Virus record (IMG/VR): IMGVR_UViG_3300042433_000193
From: an uncultured virus (IMG/VR IMGVR_UViG_3300042433_000193)
Taxonomy: Duplodnaviria; Heunggongvirae; Uroviricota; Caudoviricetes
Reading direction: 5' to 3' (one strand)
DNA: 23,592 bases
Position numbers and translations under genes: made by a program. The notes below the pieces were generated by a model that had not been told where the DNA came from, searched no databases, and was given only the letters and a program-made list of their open reading frames with translations. Positions 6,934 to 17,100 of the stretch are shown piece by piece (the stretch's first letter is position 1; each line of letters opens with the position of its first letter).

Positions 6934-7693
6934 ATTCAAGTTTAATGAAACATTCTTTTTCCCTTTAAAAAAAGAATGGATTTATTACATTCAAGACAAT
7001 GATACTTTATTAGAAAAGATAGACACAATTGCTACAGAAGAAAATGGGGAAATTGGGATTAAATTCTTAAAACGATACGGGATTAATCCAAAGGAAAATG
7101 AAACAGTCAAGGAATACTTAGAGGCACGGGAAAAAGCTGACAAAGCTTATCTTGAGAAAATTAAAGCTATCGGGCAAAAAACGGGACTATCCACTGCTGA
7201 AATTGAAGGAGTAGTAGTTAACGACGGTTCGATCCGAGAACGAATTGAACAGGTCATGGTTGATGCCCTTGACGGGGTAAAATCCGACAGCGTAGAACAA
7301 AAAGTAGAAACCGCCGCTATCGTGCAGCAATCAATTTTAAGCAACCGTAAAAAAACAAGAGAACTAACAAGAGAATCTATAGAACTTGTAGAGCCTTATC
7401 TCGATGAATTAAACGCTTTATTTAAGGATCGGGAAACAACCTACGCAACTTACAATAAAGCCTTGTTAGCTAACTTTCTAGGTAGTCCTCGACGGGTAGT
7501 TAAACTTAAAGATAAATCTTCTGTTGATTTCACCATACAAGACATTAATGATATGTCTCAATTTATGGTAGTAAAACTCTATCAAGACTATCTCTGGCAA
7601 GACATAACCCAGTGGCAAAACCCAGAAACTGAGAAACCAGAGCCTGAAAAATCAGAATCAGAATCAACGGAGGACGACGAAAAAAACGAATAG
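6908..7693 (+). CDS. Tail assembly chaperone (lambda gpG-like)
   Basis: Lies before the tape measure gene, has an acidic C-terminus, and ends at the slippery heptamer A AAA AAC (7681-7687). Confidence 0.75.
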   Translation: MAKLSVLGKFKFNETFFFPLKKEWIYYIQDNDTLLEKIDTIATEENGEIGIKFLKRYGINPKENETVKEYLEAREKADKAYLEKIKAIGQKTGLSTAEIEGVVVNDGSIRERIEQVMVDALDGVKSDSVEQKVETAAIVQQSILSNRKKTRELTRESIELVEPYLDELNALFKDRETTYATYNKALLANFLGSPRRVVKLKDKSSVDFTIQDINDMSQFMVVKLYQDYLWQDITQWQNPETEKPEPEKSESESTEDDEKNE

Positions 7694-8139
7694 ATGACGC
7701 AATTAATGCACGGTTAGAGGCAATTGCTAACCCCATTAATTGGGAAGAAATCTATTACAAATGGTGTGCATGGGGATTATCTATCGAGGAGTGGGAAGAT
7801 TGGCCAGACTGGTTAATCCTGAAAAAATATTCAGGGATTCAAAAAGTCAAATGTGAAGAAATTAATTCACTATCAGGTACGGTTAGTCAGATTGCTGCCA
7901 TGGTTCACGCCTACCTAATAGCACAATCTAAAGAAGGTTCTAAGTCACAAAGTCTTAATCCTAGCGATTTTCTGCCTTACCAGTTTAAAGAAAATAAAAA
8001 ATATTTTCTTGATCAAGAAACCGCTCAAATTCTGTTAGAAGCTATGCAAGCTGGCCAAGTGCCAGTCTTCGCCACTCAGATAATAGTCGATTGCGGACTA
8101 TACGACGAAATAATTCAATTAGTAGGGGAGAAAAGCTAA
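7687..8139 (+). CDS. -1 frameshift extension of tail chaperone (gpGT-like); includes the 7900..8139 ORF
   Basis: The -1 frame is open from 7687 (RIDDAINARLEAIANPINWEEIYYKW...) through ATG7900 to TAA8139, which overlaps the tape measure ATG. Confidence 0.8.
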   Translation, partial: RIDDAINARLEAIANPINWEEIYYKWCAWGLSIEEWEDWPDWLILKKYSGIQKVKCEEINSLSGTVSQIAAMVHAYLIAQSKEGSKSQSLNPSDFLPYQFKENKKYFLDQETAQILLEAMQAGQVPVFATQIIVDCGLYDEIIQLVGEKS

Positions 8140-11100
8140 TGTCTTTATCACTTGGTACTTTAGAAATCGGTCTAGGGCTAAATACATCTCAGTATGATGC
8201 CGGTATCAAATCGGCTAAAGACCAGCTTTCTTCCCTAGAGCAAAAAGTTATTACTCCCAAGGTCGATCACCGTCCGTTAGATGCCTTGAACCAGCATCTA
8301 ACGGTTAAAGAGAATCATTATGATAAACTTAATAAAAAGATTATTGCTCCTAATGTCAATCACGTTGCATTAGAAGCATTAAACGAGTATTTAACTGTTA
8401 CAGAAAAGCGCATCGATGAATTTAATAAGAAAGTCATTAAAGTTCAAGTTGATGACACAGAATTATTGGCACTTCAAAAACAATTAGAAGAAACTCTTGC
8501 TTTACAAAATCAAGTTATTGAGTCTTCTAAAGAAACTACTATTAAGCCAACAACAGACAGTCAAAATCTTACAAAACTTCAAAAAGACCACGAAAAAACA
8601 AATATTGCACAAGAAAAAACAAGAAAAAAAGCCAATCAAAACGTATCAATAACAACAAGTAATCAAAATCTAACAAAACTTGATCAACAGCATAAACAAA
8701 CTCAAATCAAGACAATACCTGTTACAACAGAACAGCAAAGTACGATTCAAAAACCCGGTTCAGTAGAACAACAAAATATAACTCAAAAACCTGTTGCACC
8801 AGAGCAGCAAAATATATCTCAAAGACCCAATATTCGAGGTGGTGGGTTTAGTGCAATGGTGGCCGTGGAGTTATTGTCGCAAATTTTGTCAGGATCATTG
8901 GCCAAAATTTTGTCAGCAGTATTACCAGCAATACTAAAAGTTGCTGAAACTAGAAAGAATTTTGTCAGTGCAGTAATGTCAATGCCTGCCAACTTTTTAA
9001 AGAGCTATTCAGAAGGCGCGGCTTACACTTACGCAGATATATTTACCAGGAATAATATTAAAGCTTTTGACAAAGAAGCAGGAACAAACTTGTATGAAAC
9101 TGGTGGTTCCGATCTTGGTAAGCTTGCTGGGAAAACAGTTAGAAAAGGCAAAACAGTATTAAACGAGCATTTAGAAACTGAATCGGCACAAAAAGGTTCT
9201 GAGGCTATAGCAGACGCAACTAAAAGAACAAAAGAAGAAATGGCAGAATTAAAAAAGTTAGCCATTGAATTTTATAATACTCAAGACCCTAGTAAAGCAC
9301 AAGAGTTAGCAAAACAATTGCTAAAAGTATCTGATTCAATGAGACAAGTTGCAATGTCTCCTATCGATACTTTTGCTAATGCAAGAAAAGAACTAAAATC
9401 AGGTGAGTCTATCGCAAAAGCTAGAAAACAATCAGCAACAGTCCAACTAGACGAAAAAGCTGTAAGTGAAGCAAAAAAAATAGTTTTTGTTTCTGGGGGT
9501 TTTGCTGGTAAACAGGGAGAAGGAAGCAAAGAAATTGCTGAAAATCTTCAACCAAAACTAGAAGATGGGGTTTTAGTTATCCCTATTGCTAATAAAGCAA
9601 CTGATTTAAGTACATCCATTAAAGATAATCCTTTGAAATGGGCTGGTGAAGCAGCCGCTCAAACGGTGGGGCAAGGATTGTCAGGGACTAACGAAGATTC
9701 AGTTTCAATGCTTGCTGCAGTTATCAAGGCTAGAGAATTAAATCCTAATGCTCAAATTGATTTACTTGGTTATTCTGCTGGGGGTTTTGTTTCTGAAGGT
9801 GCGACTAGATTAGCAAACCAAGCTGGTATTGAAAATATAAAAGGGGTAGCTATTGCTACCCCGTCAATGGTCGGGACTACTCAAATAGATAATTTTTCTC
9901 GTTATATGGGAGAAAATGACCCTATTAGACTAGCAGAACAAACTATGGGGGCATCAGATGTATCCAAGCAAAGTCAAGTTATTTCCGGTATTGCGTCACA
10001 TTCTTCTTCTGACTACCTTGAAAACGCAGAAATTATCAAGATATTGAATAAAGAAGTTGATAAATTACAGGAGAATATTGAAGATATTCCTGATCAATTA
10101 GAACTATTTGATATGTCATCTTTGCAATTAAAACAAAGAGAATTAGTAGCTATCGAAACACAGCTAAAAGAAGTCAAAGAAGCTACAAAACCTTTAGAAC
10201 ATTTAAAAGTTGATAGTATAGTAGCAACCAATATTCCTAACATTAAATTAGGCACTGAAGAGAAATCGTTTGAGATTCCTAGTATTAGTTCAAAAAATAA
10301 CCCGTCTAAAAATATAACAACCGACAATAAAGTTAGTAGCAATATAGGTGTTAAAGAAAAAGAACTTGTGTCACTGTCTAAACAGACAAAAGACCTAAAG
10401 TCTTTAATTCAAAGTAATCCTGCATCTGCTGATATTGTTAAAGCACAGGCTCAAACTGACGCAATTAGAAAATGGTTTAGTGATCGTTATCAAAAATTAA
10501 AAACATTAATAGATTCTGGTGAATTAGATCAAGCAAAAAAAGTAGCTAATGAAATATTAGCTGCCAAAGAACAAGCCTCTTCTGATTTAGAAGACATACT
10601 AAAATTACTCAAAGAAGCTGGACAGCCCACTTCTATAGCTTCTGGGGGAGTCGGTGCTTCTGTTCAGTCTGCAAAAGGATACTTAAGTAGTACAGGAAAA
10701 AAAGTTCAGACTGCTCAAGAAACAATTGGTATAAAAGAATTATCTCCTATTAAATCAGGACTAATTCAACAAATTCAGAAAACTGGTGTCGATACTACTA
10801 CAGTAGGCTTTAAGACTCTATTCGCAAAGGCTATAGAACAATCGGCAAAATCAATAGCTTCTGGTGGGAATAAAGAGTTAATAGAGGCTAATTTAGAGAA
10901 ACTAATCTTAAGCTTAAATCCTGTTTTAGCAAATAAAAATAAGACTAAAGGACTTGGCTCTGACATTATAGAAGGGATAAAAATAGGAATTAAAAGCGAG
11001 TCTGGTGATTTAAATGCAGAAATGCGGGAAATTGCTTTAACCTTACCGAAAACAATTAGAGATACACTTGAGATTCAATCTCCATCAAAAGTTATGATGC

Positions 11101-14100
11101 GAATTGGTCGTGACATCAAAAAAGGTTTAATACTAGGACTAGATGGAATAAAAACTGAATTAAAATTTAAGGAGATAGAGATAAAAGATTTTGTCGGGAA
11201 AGTAAAATCTTTAGACCGTGAATCTTTAAAAACTAATGTCCAAAAAGCAGGGAAAGGAATTTTTAATGCACTTCCTAGTAATGTAAGAAATGAAGTAAAG
11301 TTTAGACAATGGGAGATGGAAGAATCTGCTAAACAAATGCAACCCCTAAACCGTGAAACAATAAAAACAAATATTAAACAGGTAGGGAGAAAAGTTTTTA
11401 ATATTGGAGGGATTCTTGATAAAATTGATGATTTTAAAAGTAAAAGTAAGTTAGAGCAACTTAGCACCATTGCTGATAAAGTTCAAAGATCACTTGATAA
11501 ATTACCAGAACCAATTAAGAAAGTTGCTGGACTAATAAGAAACGCAATATTAGGTATAGTTGGTTTTAACATTCTTGAATCAACTATTGGTTTATTAAAT
11601 AAATTTGGAAAAGAAGCTTTTCAAACAGCAATTGAAGCAGAGCGGTTAGAAATGGCTTTATCCTTAACCACAGACGACGCTGAGTCTGCTTTATCTAGGC
11701 TAAAAGTACAAGCAGATAAACTTGGAACATCTTTTTTGTCTTCTGCCAAAAACTATCAGCAGTTTAGTGCTGCTGTAATGAACACTTCACTAGAGTTTCA
11801 AAAAGATAAAATTTTTGAAGGAATAACATTAGGATTGGCTACTAGAGGTGCTAATTCCCAACAGCAAGACAGAGCTTTACTAGCTATTACTCAAATAGCT
11901 AGTAAAGGTCGTGTTTCAATGGAAGAACTTAACTCTCAGTTAGGTGAAGCAATGCCAGGCGCGTTACAGATTGCCGCTAGAGCTTATGGTGTAACGTCTC
12001 AAGAATTTATTAAATTAATTGAGTCTGGATCAGTGGCATCAGATGAATTTTTGTCGAAATTTGCAACTCAAACTACTTTAGAATCAGCAGGAGGGATTAA
12101 TGTAATTAATGACACGGCTTTTGCCCAAGTTGCAAAACTTGAAAATCAATTAAACTCGCTTCGCGTAGAAATGGGAAAACCTTTATTAGAAGTGGCTAAA
12201 TTAGGGATACCTACAGTTATCAGTGGACTTAGGACTTTAGAGGATCATGGAGATAAAATTGTAGCTACTTTTGTTTCGATGGGGATTGTCGTATCGGGTG
12301 TATTTGTTCAAATGTTACACAGGCTTGGTCTTTTAAAGTTAGGGCTAAAAGCACTAGGAGTTACCGCAGCATCTACAAAAGCATCAATTGCACAAATAGG
12401 TATAGGATTTGTTAAAGGGCTAGGATGGACTGCTTTAGTCTTTGGTGTAATGGAAGCTTTTAAAGGGCTTTATCAATACATCAACGCAGGCTCCGAAGAG
12501 TCTAAACGATCCCTTAAATCAACTCAAGAATCGTTACAAGAATTGAGACGATTACTAGAAAAACCTTTACCTATACCTAAAGCTTCTACTGTTATAACTG
12601 ATAGTGCAACCGCAATTCAGCAATTTAAAAACAACAGAGAAAGAGATAAAAGTTTAGAGTTTACTGCGGGGGGACTAAGTGATACAACACAAATCTTAAA
12701 ATTATCAACTGACACATTTAGTGATACAAAGATTACCGAATTTACGGGTAAACTTGACACATTGCGGCAAAAAGCGAAAGACCTCAAGATAGATGAAATC
12801 ATAGCTAGTGGAGATGCTGACGTTAAAAAAGCTACATCTGTTCGTCAAGAAATTGCGAAAGTAAACCAAGAAATACAAGCTTTAACGGAAAAATACTTTC
12901 CTCAAATTGGGCTTATTGTTAATGAGATAGCATCTACAGAAGAAAGAATTACAGCAATTAAAAAAGTTTTAGATGATCCAGAGTCTTCTAATTCCCAAAA
13001 AGATAATGCTAGTATCCAGCTAGAAATTACTGAAGTTCAACTTAGAAAATTAAAAGAATCGCAAGAAAAATATAACGAAGCAGTCAAAGAGAATTTAGTC
13101 AACTATCAACGATTAACAGAACAAATAAATAAAGTAGCAAGAGCTTTATCTAATATTGAATTTGTCTCTAGTGGTCGAACTATTTTGTCTGAAACAGATA
13201 TTAAACGACAAGTTTTATCTGGGAACCTGAAGCCGTTTGAAATAGACTTGACCGTTAGAGAACAGAGCCTATCTATTGTCAAGGATCAGTTTAATTCGCT
13301 TAATGGATTACTGGCAACTAAAGAAAAAGAATTACAAAACACTCTAACAGATCAGATTAATCAGCGAATAACTGAGTTAATGCCTGAATTAAATGGAATA
13401 GATTTTAGAACGGCATTACAGCAGGGAAGTGTGTCACCAGAAGCTATAGGTGATCGGTTACAACAGTTGGGAGATCAAGTGCCTTTTGAATTAGAACAGG
13501 TATTAGAAACAGCTAAACAGCAAGCATCTATTAGACGACAAACTTTAACTATTGATAAATCAATTGTTGATACAGAACTAGAAATTGCTAACGCTAGACG
13601 AGAGCGCGCAAGAAATGCCAGACAAGCATCAATAGTCGGTGCCAATGTCAACGAGAGAATTGCTACTTTAAGGCAATTACCCTTTGGGGGGCCAGCCGCT
13701 TCCTATCGGGATGCCTTATCAGAAGTTCGCAACCAAGAGAGATTGTTAGGAGAGGCTTATCGTCGATTAGAAAGTGCGTCAGACGACCCTAATGTGATTC
13801 AGCAAGAGGTTGATAATACCCGATTAGCCCTAGAACAAGCCCGCGCTAACCTATTACAGCAACAAACATCACTACAAGACTACTACCGCAACCTTGACCG
13901 TCAGATAATCGACTTTAATCGTCAGATTGAAGATTATAGAAGACAGATTGAAGATGCTCAACTGTCAGCTTTTAGAGAAAATCGTTCTCTATCTGAAAGT
14001 TACACTGATTTAGTCAGGGAACTCGATAAGAACCTCTTAAATGCCCAAAATCAGCTACTGGATGCGACCGATAGAATCAGGGTACAGCAAGTTAAAAACC

Positions 14101-17100
14101 GTTTATTAATACCCGGTACAAGCGACGCTGGTAAAGAATTAGGCGACATTTTCCTAGAATTTGTACAGGGACAAGCTGATATTGCTAGTCGCGGACGCAC
14201 CTTCCAATCCCGAACCGAGGAGATAGAAACTTCCTATATCTCTACTCTAAGAAATATCCGTAACTTACAAGAGCAACAGCAAGACGCTGAAAGAAACCGA
14301 CTAAAAACGATTGAGGATATTAAACGGACTCAGGAAGACCTCAATCGTACTCTAGCTGATTTAATCCGACAAACCAATAAAGAATTAGGCTTTATTCCCC
14401 AATCAATCAAGGATATTGTCACAAATCTTAATACACTTCCAGAACCAATTAAATTAATCAATTCTGAGTTAGTGGCTATTCCCCCAAATATTAAGACTTC
14501 TGGGGAAGACTTAGTAAAAAGTATAGAAGAAACTGCGGAGGCAATTAGAAAAGCTAAGGGAGGTTTAATACTACCAGCACCTAATAATTTCACCCCTGCT
14601 CCTGTGTGGAATGGGGGAGGGTTTTTACCGCCGCCACCGCCACAGTTGTCTTCAATTCCCAAAGGGTTAACACCACGCGGTCAAGAATTATCTCAGCATT
14701 TAAACAATCCTCACGTCAAGGCCTTTCTTGATATTATTGCTTACGCAGAAGGTACTGCCAATATGCCAAATAAGGGATATAACACTCTTTTTGGACATGG
14801 ACAATTTAGTTCTTTTGCAGACCATCCACGCCAAAGAATCCCGTTTGGATCGACCAGTTCATCGGCATCTGGAAGATACCAGATTATGGATTTTACATGG
14901 GATGAAGAAAAAGCGAAATTAGGATTAAAAGATTTTTCTCCTGTCTCTCAAGATTTAGTCGCATTAAGCCGGATTTTAATGAGAGGTGGATTAGACGAGC
15001 TTCTTAAGGGAGATATTCGTGGGGCAATTAACGCAACCCGCAAAGAATGGGCATCTTTCCCAGGGGCTAATTACCCAGGGCAAGGTATGAAACGGATGGA
15101 AGACCTGTTAAAGGTTTACGATCAGTCTTTACGAAAATACCAACCAAATGCCCCTCGTACTCAATCCGAACTAGACGCACTGCGATATGACGGCAATCCT
15201 GCTAACAGCGGAGCATCAAACCGTATTCGACAAATCAGAAGAAATCAAGGCGGTTCACCCACTCCATCAACTTCCACCCCTAACCCTTCTCCATCAGTTC
15301 AGCAACAAATCACCAACAGATTACCAAAAAATATTCAATCTGTTTTAGTTCAAGAAGTTGGCGGAAAAACTGTATATTCTAAAAATGCTCAAACACCCCC
15401 AGCGTCACCAGCTAGTACAATTAAAGTTATTATTGCTGATTTGATTGCCAAAGAAATAACAAGCGGAAAACTTTCCTTAAAAGATGCTATCGCCATAAAA
15501 TTGCCTTTGGTTGATCCACACGGACAATTAAAAGCCAATCAAGTTAAAACAGTTGAACAGCTAGTACAGTTAATGCTAGAAAAGTCAGATAATACGGCAA
15601 CTAATGTTTTAATTGATCGGCTAGGTGGGCTAACCAAAGCTACAGAATTAGCCAGAAAAGAAGGTTATAAAAACACTACTATTTCTAGGTATTTAAATAT
15701 ACCAGGCAGTGGAACTCCAAACATTTCAACAGCACAAGACGTAACGTTAGCTATGCAGTCTTTAATTAAAAATCAAAATCCTGCAAGTCAATTAGCTGAA
15801 CAATCTCTGAGACAAACAAGAAATTTTAAGTATAATAATGAAATCGGCGGAAAAATTGGAAATAACTCTAAAGTTATTGGTAACGTTGGACTGGTAAACA
15901 TTAATGGGAAAGAATATATTGTAACTGCTTATGCAAACATTAACGGCAATCAACTAAATAATCGAAAAATAATAACTAATGCTACTAATGCAATTAGCCA
16001 ATCCATTAAAGACTCCACCCCTAACCCTTCTCCTGCCCGTGTTTTAACAAAAGAAAAAACAAAAGAAGGAAAAGGCGGTCCAGAATTTAGTAGTCCTCCA
16101 CCTATAGCCCAATTACCGGCTCTACCTAATCAAAACCGAGATAACTTCTGGGATGCCGATTTACCACCGGTTCCTAAAGACAATCCGATTAACTTCCAGA
16201 GTCCTAATTTACCTCCCGTTCCTAATCTTCCTACGGGTAATCTTGATGCGGCCGCTGATCAAATTCGCAACGCTGAAACAGCCAACCAAAACGCTGAGGA
16301 GTTTTCAAGACGGCTAGAAGAGCAACAAAATCTAAACAATGCTCTTGACAGATCAATGAAATTTAGACGGCAGCAAGAGGAAGATGCCCGTGCATTAGAA
16401 CGTACTTTAAGAGATGCTTCCGAAAATGTTGCTGATTTGACTATCAACTCTAAAGGGTATTTGACAGTACAAGAAGAAATTAATAAGAGTGCTACAGAAG
16501 TCTCTCGACAATATCGCTCTCAGATTGAATCACTAGAAGACCAGCGACGGACTTTACTTTTAAATGCTGAGGCTCAACAAAAATACAGCGACGCAATAAA
16601 AGAAATCTTAGGAGAATTTCAAAGAAAAGGCATAGCTCTCCCCCCTGAATTTCTCAAAGAAATGACAGATAGTATTGATGCTTTAGCTAAAAACGCTGAA
16701 TTAGCTAAAGAACAAGTAACAATTCTTGATCAAGCAATTGAACAATTAGGCAGAAATCAGGGAGTAGCTACCTTGGAAGCATCATTTAGAAAAACCAGAG
16801 ATACAGTCAGGAGTATTCGTGATCGGTTAAATGATTTAACTATCCAAAGAATGCAACTAGAATTTCAGTCTGGTTTTGGATTATTTGATAATTCTGCTAT
16901 CCTTGCCGAACGTATTAGCCTACAAAAAGAAAAAGAGGAACTAGAGGATTATTTAGAACCTTACAAAGACTTGCCACAGTACGCTGAATATGTGGCTAAT
17001 ATTCGCTCGGAATGGGAAAAACTTGCAGAATTAAGATTAGAACGAGCGGAGTTAGACGCTTCCCCAAATCGTGGCGCAGCTGAAAGCTTTTTCTCTGACA

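Noticed and set aside
15320..16010. Antibiotic resistance beta-lactamase gene
   Set aside because: It is an internal TMP domain lacking the class A Glu166-type motif and a canonical KTG.
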